A program made the translations under genes and the position numbers. From a virus (Duplodnaviria; Heunggongvirae; Uroviricota; Caudoviricetes): a DNA stretch of 64,000 bases. Every line of letters begins with the position of its first letter. Within the stretch, counting starts at the first letter, position 1. The DNA is taken from the IMG/VR virus record IMGVR_UViG_3300017747_002194, positions 1 through 64,000 of that record. One strand, 5' to 3'. This document shows, piece after piece, positions 18,778 through 27,369 of the stretch. A model generated the notes under the pieces. The model saw only the letters and a program-made list of their open reading frames with translations. It was not told the DNA's origin and searched no databases.

Positions 18778-19253
18778 TGAAAAGCTTTTTATTAAAAGAT
18801 AATAAACCTATTGTAAAATGGTCTATGATACCAGATAATACATTCTTTGAAGGTAAAGTGCCTGAAGGTTATGCATTAGCTGTAGCTCCATCAGATAATT
18901 ATGTTATATTAGATGTTGATGTTAAAAATGGTAAAAATGGATTTATTCATATACTAGAAACTAAAGGAATTATTGATGAATTAGGTAAAACATTTCATTA
19001 TTCAACTAAATCTGGAGGTGAGCATTATTGGATTAATTATACAGGTGATAAAACTCTTTTAAATAAAGCTACTAAGTATGGATTAGATTTAAGAGTTGCT
19101 AAAGGTTCTTATGCTATGGGATATGTTAAATATCCTCATAATGTAGACATTAGACAATGTATTCCTTTAATTAATAAATCTTCTATGGAATTAAATGTGT
19201 GGTTAGAATCATTATTTCAAGGAGTTAAAACATATGAAAAAAGAATTAGTTGA
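18777..19253 (+). CDS. PrimPol-like (bifunctional primase/polymerase N-terminal domain) protein
   Basis: VILDVDVKNG (hhhDhD) and SGGEHYW (GGxH) motifs. Confidence 0.5.
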   Translation: MKSFLLKDNKPIVKWSMIPDNTFFEGKVPEGYALAVAPSDNYVILDVDVKNGKNGFIHILETKGIIDELGKTFHYSTKSGGEHYWINYTGDKTLLNKATKYGLDLRVAKGSYAMGYVKYPHNVDIRQCIPLINKSSMELNVWLESLFQGVKTYEKRIS

Positions 19254-19623
19254 AGAAAGACTTTTAAAAAGAGCTCACCGTAAAGCAATGAGAAGTAGTA
19301 GGCGTATAAATCATGGAAATATGAAAGAAAAATTTGAATTACCTGAAAAATGGGCCATTAAAAGAACAATGTATAATTCTAAAGCTGTAAATGATTGGAA
19401 TAACAATCATCCTTTATTTAAAGAACAGCGTAGACATCACGCTACTTCTATTGTAGATGGTGGTTACTTTTATAGCGATACAGCACATTGGGGAGAACCT
19501 TTACTTGCAGGATATACAGAAATTACATTTGAACAGTTTCAAGAATATGTATTAAATATAAATCCTGTATCTGATAAATCAGAAGATTATTCTTATCTAA
19601 TCCCTTTAATTAAAACATTATGA
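19234..19623 (+). CDS. small paralog family member (type 2) ending DYSYLIPLIKTL
   Basis: FELPEKWAIK...ITFEQFQEYVLNI. Confidence 0.7.
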   Translation: MKKELVEERLLKRAHRKAMRSSRRINHGNMKEKFELPEKWAIKRTMYNSKAVNDWNNNHPLFKEQRRHHATSIVDGGYFYSDTAHWGEPLLAGYTEITFEQFQEYVLNINPVSDKSEDYSYLIPLIKTL

Positions 19624-19928
19624 TAGACAGATTACCTAAAAATTGGTGTATCAGACAAGATGCACATCAAGATGTTTGTGATTGGTTTAATGCAAAGTAT
19701 GGAATAAGTTCATTTTTAGAAGGAGGGTATACTTATTTATGTAAAGTACCTTTAAAAGATACTGGTAGTATATTTCAAGAAATAGCTCCTATTGGATTTT
19801 TAGAAATTACTTATGAAGAATTTAAATTTTTTATTTTAGATAAAGAACATCTTAAAAAAAGAGTAAAATCAAAACCAGAAGATCTATCGTATCTGATAGA
19901 CTTTTTAAAACAACAACAAATAAATTAA
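19620..19928 (+). CDS. small paralog family member (type 2) ending LSYLIDFLKQQQIN
   Basis: LPKNWCI...ITYEEFKFFILDK. Confidence 0.65.
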   Translation: MIDRLPKNWCIRQDAHQDVCDWFNAKYGISSFLEGGYTYLCKVPLKDTGSIFQEIAPIGFLEITYEEFKFFILDKEHLKKRVKSKPEDLSYLIDFLKQQQIN

Positions 19929-19931
19929 ATT

Positions 19932-20135
19932 ATGGAAACAACAACTTCAAAAACAGTAAAAACAGCTAAGCCTGTATCTAAAGCAGAATTAACAGCAATG
20001 GTAGATTCTGGAGTAAAGAAAGAGCAAATTGCTCAATATTATGGGTTAAATAATACTCAAACAACTAAATTATTAAAATCAGCAGGATTGAAAATTCGTA
20101 AATTTCATGCACCTGCATTTGAATTAGTAGACTAA
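19932..20135 (+). CDS. hypothetical small protein, possibly DNA-binding
   Basis: 67 aa; EQIAQYYGLNNTQTTKLLKSAG is HTH-like. Confidence 0.45.
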   Translation: METTTSKTVKTAKPVSKAELTAMVDSGVKKEQIAQYYGLNNTQTTKLLKSAGLKIRKFHAPAFELVD

Positions 20136-20136
20136 T

Positions 20137-21219
20137 ATGACTAGAGATGATATTCAAGAAAAAGTACTTAAGATATTAGAAAATGTCGATAGAGGTACAG
20201 TAGCTCTTTCAGGGAGTGGAGGTAAAACACTAATAGGATTAAAGCATATGGACATGAATCAACATGGTCATTTAAAATTTTTAGTAGCAGCTCCAAAGAA
20301 ATCTATTTTTCAATCTTGGAAAGATGAAGCTAAAAAATTTAATCTTGAATATCTTCTTAGTGATATTACTTTTAGCACATATTTATCTTTAGATAAACTT
20401 AATCCTGATGATTATGATATAATATATTTGGATGAATGTCATTCACTTACATTAAGTCATAATGCATGGTTAAGTAGATTTAAAGGTAAAATTATAGGAC
20501 TTACAGGAACACCACCCACTAATGAGAGATCAGAGAAATGGTTTATGGTAGACAAGTATTGTCCTATAGTATATTCATATAATACAGATGAAGCCATTGA
20601 TCATTCAATTTTAAATGACTATAGAATAATTGTCCAATATGTAGACATAGATACTGAGAAAAACATTAAGGTTGAAAAACCTAATGCTACTTGGATGACT
20701 AGTGAACTAGCTATGTATAATTATTGGTCAAATAGAGTAGCCTCTTCTTTTGGTAAGATGAAACAAATAGCCGCTATACAGCGGATGAAAGCAATGCAAG
20801 GTTTCAAATCTAAAGAAAAAGTAGCTACTTATTTATTGAATAGTATAGGAATGCATAGTAAATGTCTTTGTTTTGCAAGTACTCAAGAGCAAGCTGCTAG
20901 AATCTGCACAATAACTTATCATTCAAAGAATAAGTTTTCAGAATCAAATTTAGAGTCTTTTAAAACAGGTAAATTACTAAAATTATGTGCAGTAGAACAA
21001 TTAAATGAAGGAATTAATATACCAAATCTTAAATATGGTGTGATTATGCACTCTTACGGCAATGAGAGAAAAGCTAGTCAGAAGATATTTAGATTTCTTA
21101 GATTAAGTCCTGATGATTGTGCTACAGTATATATCCTATGCTATAGAAATACTATAGATGAAGAATGGGTGAAATCTGCGTTATCTGGATTTAACCAAAA
21201 CAAAATAACTTATATTTGA
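20137..21219 (+). CDS. SF2 DEAH-box helicase
   Basis: Motif I SGSGGKT, motif II YLDECH, motif III LTGTP, motif VI-like QKIFRFLR. Confidence 0.7.
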   Translation: MTRDDIQEKVLKILENVDRGTVALSGSGGKTLIGLKHMDMNQHGHLKFLVAAPKKSIFQSWKDEAKKFNLEYLLSDITFSTYLSLDKLNPDDYDIIYLDECHSLTLSHNAWLSRFKGKIIGLTGTPPTNERSEKWFMVDKYCPIVYSYNTDEAIDHSILNDYRIIVQYVDIDTEKNIKVEKPNATWMTSELAMYNYWSNRVASSFGKMKQIAAIQRMKAMQGFKSKEKVATYLLNSIGMHSKCLCFASTQEQAARICTITYHSKNKFSESNLESFKTGKLLKLCAVEQLNEGINIPNLKYGVIMHSYGNERKASQKIFRFLRLSPDDCATVYILCYRNTIDEEWVKSALSGFNQNKITYI

Positions 21220-21223
21220 AATT

Positions 21224-21832
21224 ATGATTGAACAAATTAGTGTAGACTTGAACAAATTATATACTAATAAACTCAAGATTGAAGATTATTTCATATTATT
21301 TTGTTTAGTCCACAATGATGAGGATATGCTGATGAAATATATAGACACTTGTGGTCGTATAGAAACTAGCATATTCCACAGATTAAGAGATTCTGGATTT
21401 ATTATCCTTACAGATGATAACAATATTCTTTTTAATGAGATTAAAGTAACAGAACAGGCTAAAAATTTATTTAATATTCAAGACAATGCAAAGTTTGAAG
21501 AATTATTTAAAGAACTGCTGTCTACTTATCCAAAATCAGTAAAAAGATTAACAGGTGGTAGAAGACCATTACATAATGACTTGGCTAGATGTAAAAAACT
21601 TTATAAAATAACTATATTTGATAGAGTGTCGTCTTCGTTAAACACAACTTTACACCAAAACATTTTATTATGTGTGCAAAAATACTACAATGATCATCGT
21701 AGGGATAATAAAGAGGAATTTATGCAACTTTTAGTTACATTTCTATCTCAAAGAACTTGGGAACAATATCTAGAAGATATTAACAATTTTACAGAAGTCA
21801 CTAAAAATCTAGGAAATAATGACGCCATTTGA
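21224..21832 (+). CDS. hypothetical protein
   Basis: 202 aa. Confidence 0.55.
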   Translation: MIEQISVDLNKLYTNKLKIEDYFILFCLVHNDEDMLMKYIDTCGRIETSIFHRLRDSGFIILTDDNNILFNEIKVTEQAKNLFNIQDNAKFEELFKELLSTYPKSVKRLTGGRRPLHNDLARCKKLYKITIFDRVSSSLNTTLHQNILLCVQKYYNDHRRDNKEEFMQLLVTFLSQRTWEQYLEDINNFTEVTKNLGNNDAI

Positions 21833-22877
21833 GAAAAGGATTTTACAGGGATTAGAAGGCGCTTATCAAGGGTTGAAGAATGGTTTCAATAGAATTAATA
21901 AGTATATCTATAACACACAGAGAGGCTGTTACACCTTATTAGGTGGTTTATCAGGTAGTTCTAAAACTACACTGTGTGATTTTATAGTATTAAATGGTAT
22001 TCAAGATGCTAAAGCAAAAGGAATCCCTATTAATATTACTTATTACTCTTGGGAAATTGATGAAACTAGCAAAAGAGCAAATTGGTTATCCATTATGATT
22101 TATAATAAGTATGGTAGAGTAATATCTCCACAACTTATTAAAGGTATGGGTGACTTAAGGATGACTCCAGAGGAATTAGAAATAGTTCAATCTGAGTTAC
22201 CTGAATTAGAAGAAATATTCTCTAAAATTAAATGGCATTGGACACCACTCAATCCTACAGGATTATATCATGAGTGGTGGTCTACAATGTCAGCTAAAGG
22301 GACTTTTAAGAAAGAACCTTATATTGATGAGAATGGAGAATCTAAGGAAAGAATTATTAGTTGGACACCTGATAATAAAGAAGAATACAATATTGTTGTC
22401 TTAGATCATGCTAGTCTTCTAAAGTTTGAGCGTGGATTTACTCTTAAACAAAATATGGATAAAATGTCTGAATATATTGTAGCTTGTAGAAATATGTTTA
22501 ATATGACATTTTTTATAGTACAACAATTTAATCAGTCTTTATCTAACATTGAGAGAGTAAAATATAGAGGTGTAGACCTTTCTCCAGAGCAAAATGATTT
22601 TAGAGACTCAGGTAACTTGTATATTGATGCAGATATAGTATTAGGATTATTAAATCCTTATAAAATGCAGTTGGAAACAAGTTTGACCTACAATATTAAT
22701 GTTGAAGGTAGTCCTTACAATCTTAAAGGTAAATATAGGTTACTTAAAGCTATTAAAAATAGATTAGGGGCCGATAATATCTCTATTGGTTTATACACTA
22801 AACCAGAAGCAGGATATTTTGAAGAATTACCTAAAGAGATGACATCAGAGGATTACGTAATGTACCAAAATAAATAA
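21819..22877 (+). CDS. DnaB-like replicative helicase (C-terminal RecA-like domain)
   Basis: Walker A GGLSGSSKTT, Walker B VVLDHASL, and QQFNQSLSNIERVKYRGVDLSPEQNDFRDSGNLYIDADIVLGL matching the DnaB QLSR...DLRESG.IEQDAD.V signature. Confidence 0.75.
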   Translation: MTPFEKRILQGLEGAYQGLKNGFNRINKYIYNTQRGCYTLLGGLSGSSKTTLCDFIVLNGIQDAKAKGIPINITYYSWEIDETSKRANWLSIMIYNKYGRVISPQLIKGMGDLRMTPEELEIVQSELPELEEIFSKIKWHWTPLNPTGLYHEWWSTMSAKGTFKKEPYIDENGESKERIISWTPDNKEEYNIVVLDHASLLKFERGFTLKQNMDKMSEYIVACRNMFNMTFFIVQQFNQSLSNIERVKYRGVDLSPEQNDFRDSGNLYIDADIVLGLLNPYKMQLETSLTYNINVEGSPYNLKGKYRLLKAIKNRLGADNISIGLYTKPEAGYFEELPKEMTSEDYVMYQNK

Positions 22878-22878
22878 T

Positions 22879-23124
22879 ATGGGAAGAATTATATTAGCGA
22901 TCGGAGAGCCAGGTACTGGTAAATCAAGAGCTATTTTAAATTTAGATGAGAATAAGACATTATTAGTTAAACCTAATAATAAAGAGCTTCCTTTTAGAGG
23001 AGGTGCTGTGAAATACAGTAAAGAAAAAGGTAATGTAGTAAATTGTTCTACATTTCCAGATTTGAAAGTTATATTAACTAAAGCTAATGAAGGTACTAAA
23101 TTTAGTACAATCGTGATAGAGGAT
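22879..23124 (+). CDS. exon 1 of a P-loop ATPase of AAA_24 (Sak4-like) type
   Basis: Walker A GEPGTGKS and Walker B STIVIED, then an immediate in-frame stop at the proposed intron start. Confidence 0.55.
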
Positions 23125-24130
23125 TAAGAAAATAATATTAAAAATAAATTTGCATAGTATTAAAATTATTTGTATATTTAATGAGTTAATAACTCGAATA
23201 TATAAATATGGAAAATAAAATTAAAAAATTAAATAAAGAAGGAAAAACAGATGTAGAAATTTCAAATATTCTAAATTTACCTTACTATAAAATAGGTAGA
23301 ATTAGAAAAAAATTACAATTATCTGTAAATTATAAACATGAAAATCTTTATATGTCTTCTCAACAAGAAGAAGCATTTATTGGTACATTATTAGGAGATG
23401 CTACTTTAGTCTTTAAAACAAAAGGTTCTAGATACCCATCATTTCAATTTTCTCATACAGAAAAACAAAAAGAATACTTTAATTATAAAGTGAATCTTTT
23501 TAAAACTCTTATGGGTAAACCTAAAATACATCTTTTAAAATCTAAATTTACCTCAGAAGAAGGTGTTTTAGTATATGGAATTCAAAGTTATAATATACCA
23601 TCTTTACTTAAATATAGAAAAATATTTTATCCAAATAATAAAAAGATTATACCCATTGATTTTATAAAAGATAAATTTTCTGAATTAAGTTTAGCTCTTT
23701 TAATTTATGATGATGGGTGTAAAGATAATTTGAATTATAAATTATCAACTTATTGTTTTGAAAGAGAAAATGTTTTAGAATTTTCCAAATTTCTTTATGA
23801 AAAATTTAATATTAAATCAACAGTACATCAAAATAGTGTTTTATATTTTAGTAGACAAGCTACAGAAATTATAACTAAAATACTACAAAAATATCCTGTT
23901 AAAAACATGCAATATAAAATAATAGTGTAAGTCCTCTTTAAATTCTTTTAAAACTGGAAAGTCTTTTAACTAAGATAATCAGTTACCAAGCTAGTGAATG
24001 GTGTAATAGTAGCTAGAAAGGTTCAACGACTAGTAGATAGGAACCTAACCAAATCTACCACGAAATAAGAACATCTAATATTAGATGATGAGATAGTCTG
24101 AACTGCAAATATAAATAGACTAAATTGCAG
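23125..24130 (+). mobile_element. group I intron carrying a LAGLIDADG homing endonuclease ORF
   Basis: Intron core elements R-like GTTCAACGACTAGTAGA (about 24020) and S-like GAGATAGTCTGAAC (about 24089), plus a P9-like hairpin ctgcaa...ttgcag ending in G24130. Exon 1 ends in U, and the frames rejoin at 24131 to give ...VIED|NIGIKS.... Confidence 0.5.
23208..23930 (+). CDS. LAGLIDADG homing endonuclease (intron-encoded)
   Basis: Motifs FIGTLLGDATL and ALLIYDDGCK. Confidence 0.85.
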   Translation: MENKIKKLNKEGKTDVEISNILNLPYYKIGRIRKKLQLSVNYKHENLYMSSQQEEAFIGTLLGDATLVFKTKGSRYPSFQFSHTEKQKEYFNYKVNLFKTLMGKPKIHLLKSKFTSEEGVLVYGIQSYNIPSLLKYRKIFYPNNKKIIPIDFIKDKFSELSLALLIYDDGCKDNLNYKLSTYCFERENVLEFSKFLYEKFNIKSTVHQNSVLYFSRQATEIITKILQKYPVKNMQYKIIV

Positions 24131-24589
24131 AATATAGGGATAAAGAGCCTTATAGATAACAAAATGTTCACACATTTCCTAACTAGTAGAGTTATGGCAG
24201 ATGCTAAGATCTCAGGATTTCAGAAATGGTCTGATTTAGCAGTTGATGTATTTCAAGGATTAATTAAAATTGAAGAGAAATTAAGAGATGATTTAAATGT
24301 AATTGTTATTGGTCATACAGAAAGAAATACAGATGTAAATGGTAATAGTATTATCACTTTACAAACAGTTGGTAAATTATTGGATAACCAAATTAAAATA
24401 CCTTCGTATTTCACCTATGTATTACATTCTGATGTAAAAGAAGTGAATGGAAAGATGGAATATTCATTTTTAACAAATAGTGATGGTCTTAGATTAGCTA
24501 AATCTCCTGAAGGGTGTTTAGATAAGTTTGAACCAAATGATTATGCGTTAATCTTGAGTAAAATACACAAATATCAATTAGGAGAGTAA
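24131..24589 (+). CDS. exon 2 of the AAA_24-like ATPase
   Basis: The frame continues from exon 1, and the track 'start' at 24125 is a TTG. The joined product of about 235 aa has the AAA_24-like layout (..VIVIGHTERN..). Confidence 0.45.
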   Translation, partial: NIGIKSLIDNKMFTHFLTSRVMADAKISGFQKWSDLAVDVFQGLIKIEEKLRDDLNVIVIGHTERNTDVNGNSIITLQTVGKLLDNQIKIPSYFTYVLHSDVKEVNGKMEYSFLTNSDGLRLAKSPEGCLDKFEPNDYALILSKIHKYQLGE

Positions 24590-24628
24590 TTTCCCTAATA
24601 AATTAAATCATTAAATATACAAAAAATT

Positions 24629-25222
24629 ATGTTCGATTTTCAAAATGCTGAGGTATCAAAAGGTAACTATAAAGAAACTATTAAACCAGGAATTCATATT
24701 GTTAAAGTTTCTAAAATTGAGAATGGTGTAAGCTCTAAAGCTGGAGCACCACAAATTACTATTACAGTAGAAGACAATTCAGGAGCTGAATTAGCAAATA
24801 TCTATTCATTAAATACTATTGTAAGTCCAGGTAAAAAAATGTCTGGATGGGATGTAACTAAAAATGCTATTTTATCAATAGTAGCTGCTGCTCATTCTTT
24901 AGATGAGACTTCTGCTAAAGCTAAAATGCCTAATGCTAAATCAGCTGAGGAATTAGCTCAAAAATTATCTATTTTATTAGCAGGTAAAGAGTTCCGTTTA
25001 AAAGTAGTAGGTGAGGAGAAAATCTCTCAAAAAGGTACTAAATATGTAGCTTCTTCATTTGGTAATGGAGTATTCTGTGAGTCTAAATCAGTTTCTGAAA
25101 CAGACAGCAAGTTATTCTTTAATGCTGAAAAGAATATTAAAAAGTTAGCAGTTGAACCAGCTGGTAACTCAGATGCCCAATCAGCATTCTCTAGCCCAGC
25201 TAGTGAAGTTAACTTTGGATAG
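24629..25222 (+). CDS. hypothetical protein, possibly an ssDNA-binding partner of the Sak4-like ATPase
   Basis: Position directly after the AAA_24 gene; no clear OB-fold or SSB motif seen. Confidence 0.3.
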   Translation: MFDFQNAEVSKGNYKETIKPGIHIVKVSKIENGVSSKAGAPQITITVEDNSGAELANIYSLNTIVSPGKKMSGWDVTKNAILSIVAAAHSLDETSAKAKMPNAKSAEELAQKLSILLAGKEFRLKVVGEEKISQKGTKYVASSFGNGVFCESKSVSETDSKLFFNAEKNIKKLAVEPAGNSDAQSAFSSPASEVNFG

Positions 25223-25237
25223 TAACCACTAAGTAAT

Positions 25238-25297
25238 AACAGGTACCCACGGCCAAAGGGAGTAAATGGAAGTAGTATTCTCAGCCTGTTCTTATTT
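25238..25297 (+). ncRNA. structured intergenic element, family copy C
   Basis: AACAGGTACCC...GGGAGTAAATGGAAG...TCAGCCTGTTCTTATTTTT; same architecture as copies A and B. Confidence 0.35.
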
Positions 25298-25312
25298 TTA
25301 AAATCATTAATT

Positions 25313-25486
25313 ATGCAAAGTTGGAAATTTAATAGTACTGCTAGATCTGTTTTAATGGAAGGTATTGCTGCAAGTTTAAAAATACCTTATTCTGATGTTT
25401 ATAAAACAATTAGAAATATGAATTCTAATTTTATTAAGACAAAAGATGGTAAAATTTATAAAGTTATTTTAAAAGAAGTTTAAGTA
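25313..25486 (+). CDS. possible small protein (about 57 aa), missing from the ORF track because it is under 60 aa
   Basis: Frame MQSWKFNSTARSVLMEGIAASLKIPYSDVYKTIRNMNSNFIKTKDGKIYKVILKEV ends at the primase start; coordinates are accurate to +/-1-2 nt. Confidence 0.3.
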
Positions 25487-26478
25487 TGTTCAATTTTGAT
25501 AATGCTAGTTTACAAATAACAAAAGAAGAAATACTTAAGTATATAACTGAATTACAGATACTTGAAAGATATTGTAGTAATTATAAATCGTTAGATTCTA
25601 GTTTTAAATCAGAATTTTATTCAGATAAAAATGGAAGTTGTAGAATACAAATAAGTGCTTCTGGTATACCTTATTATAAAGATTATGGTAATGGAGATTA
25701 TTTTCTAGCATTTGATTATGTAAGTAGAAAGTTTGGAACCACTTATCATGAAACTTGTAATGTCATAGCTAATGACTTTGGTTTAAAAAGAACTAACTTG
25801 AATGTTACTCCTCAGCTATTGTTAGTTAATGATGCACCTAAGCCTGTTAAAAAGAAATCTAATATTAAAGTAATTGTTAAACCATTTAGTTTAATAGATT
25901 ATGAGTATTGGATGCAATATGGTATATCTTTACAAACATTACAATTTTTTAATGTTAAAGCTTGTAGTCATGTTTATTTAAATAAAGGCGATAAACATTA
26001 TGTATTTGAATATAGAAATAGTAATCCTCTGTATTCTTATAGATTTTATAAAAATGAAACTGAATATCTTAAAATCTATAATCCTTATTCTGCTACTAAA
26101 GAAGGTAAATGGTTAACTAATGTAGGTTCAGATTGTCTTCAAGGATATGATCAATTACCAGAATCTGGTGATATCTTATTCATTACCAAGAGTTTAAAAG
26201 ATGTTATGGTATTCTATGAGATGGGATATTCTGCAGTAGGATTACAAGCTGAAACTAATAAACTTAGTAAAAAGTCTTGGGATGAGTTGTCTAAAAGATT
26301 TAAAAGAGTTATCTTAGTGCTTGATAGAGATGATCAAGGTTATACATCAACAGGAGATTTCTTATTAGAATATGATGTAGAATTTTTCTTTATTGATAAG
26401 ACTAAAGATATAAGTGATTACAGTAAAGATTACGGCTTAGAGAAAGCTAAAAAATTAATTAAAAAAAAATTATTATGA
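25486..26478 (+). CDS. DnaG/T7-gp4-like DNA primase (toprim domain)
   Basis: Toprim motifs ILFITKSLKD and RVILVLDRDDQG (DxD). Confidence 0.6.
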   Translation: MFNFDNASLQITKEEILKYITELQILERYCSNYKSLDSSFKSEFYSDKNGSCRIQISASGIPYYKDYGNGDYFLAFDYVSRKFGTTYHETCNVIANDFGLKRTNLNVTPQLLLVNDAPKPVKKKSNIKVIVKPFSLIDYEYWMQYGISLQTLQFFNVKACSHVYLNKGDKHYVFEYRNSNPLYSYRFYKNETEYLKIYNPYSATKEGKWLTNVGSDCLQGYDQLPESGDILFITKSLKDVMVFYEMGYSAVGLQAETNKLSKKSWDELSKRFKRVILVLDRDDQGYTSTGDFLLEYDVEFFFIDKTKDISDYSKDYGLEKAKKLIKKKLL

Positions 26479-26642
26479 AATATTTAAAATATGTATGGAT
26501 ATTAAATTTACTGGTTGGTATCAGTAGTACATTTGTTGCTTTATTTTTATTATATAAACATTTTGATATATTCTATATTATTATAAATATTATAAGTGCA
26601 ATTGGTAATTTTTATTTTGTATATCAAAAATGGAAAAAATAA
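26475..26642 (+). CDS. possible small two-TM membrane peptide (55 aa)
   Basis: MKYLKYVWILNLLVGISSTFVALFLLYKHFDIFYIIINIISAIGNFYFVYQKWKK has two hydrophobic helices. The ATG overlaps the primase stop (ATGA). Confidence 0.35.
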   Translation: MKYLKYVWILNLLVGISSTFVALFLLYKHFDIFYIIINIISAIGNFYFVYQKWKK

Positions 26643-26929
26643 ATTTAAATTGGACACAATTCTGTGATAAGTATTCTCCAATAAAGAATACATTAGAATT
26701 AAATACTCCATGTGATGGATTTCTATTTTTAGATAAAGAGCAATTAAGAGATGTTCCTTTAGAAAGATTATGGTCATTAATTGAAAATCCATTAGAAGAT
26801 GATATGTACATTACTAATGGAGTTAGAATGATTAATGCTCATGGTTGGTTAGTTACTAGAGAATCTTGGGATAAAGAAGAAACTATTGAAGTTAGATTAG
26901 AAGAATCTGATATTAAAAAAGAAGATTAA
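26630..26929 (+). CDS. hypothetical protein
   Basis: 99 aa. Confidence 0.5.
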   Translation: MEKINLNWTQFCDKYSPIKNTLELNTPCDGFLFLDKEQLRDVPLERLWSLIENPLEDDMYITNGVRMINAHGWLVTRESWDKEETIEVRLEESDIKKED

Positions 26930-26931
26930 TT

Positions 26932-27369
26932 ATGGGATTAGAAAAAATTAAAGTGAGCTTCGAGCCCACGGAATCATGGAATCATGAAGATTTCAGACAA
27001 TTAATTAAAGGTATCAAAGAGAAAGATTATTCACACTTAGGGTTTGAATATGAATTATGGATCATTACTACTAATGATAGTTTACCATATATTAATGCTA
27101 TAGCTAGTCAGTTTAATATTCCTCAAAGTAATGTTCAGATGTGTTTAAATGATTCTACTAAAGTAGGTATTATTACATTACATACAGATATTCATTTTGA
27201 TGGAGAGCAAACTATTATTACAGCATTAAATCCTACAACAGCTGTAGGTATTTTAGTAGATAGAAAAATAGATTATCCAGGTATGGGACTTAAGTATATT
27301 AAGAACTTAGATACTTGGACAATGGCAATTTTAAGAGACAGAGATGGGGAGAAGACCAAGCCTTGCTAA
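26932..27369 (+). CDS. hypothetical protein
   Basis: 145 aa. Confidence 0.55.
   Translation: MGLEKIKVSFEPTESWNHEDFRQLIKGIKEKDYSHLGFEYELWIITTNDSLPYINAIASQFNIPQSNVQMCLNDSTKVGIITLHTDIHFDGEQTIITALNPTTAVGILVDRKIDYPGMGLKYIKNLDTWTMAILRDRDGEKTKPC

Noticed and set aside
24125-24130. TTG 'start codon' of the 24125-24589 ORF
   Set aside because: The frame is continuous with exon 1 of the AAA_24 ATPase across a group I intron; it is more likely an exon than an independent gene.
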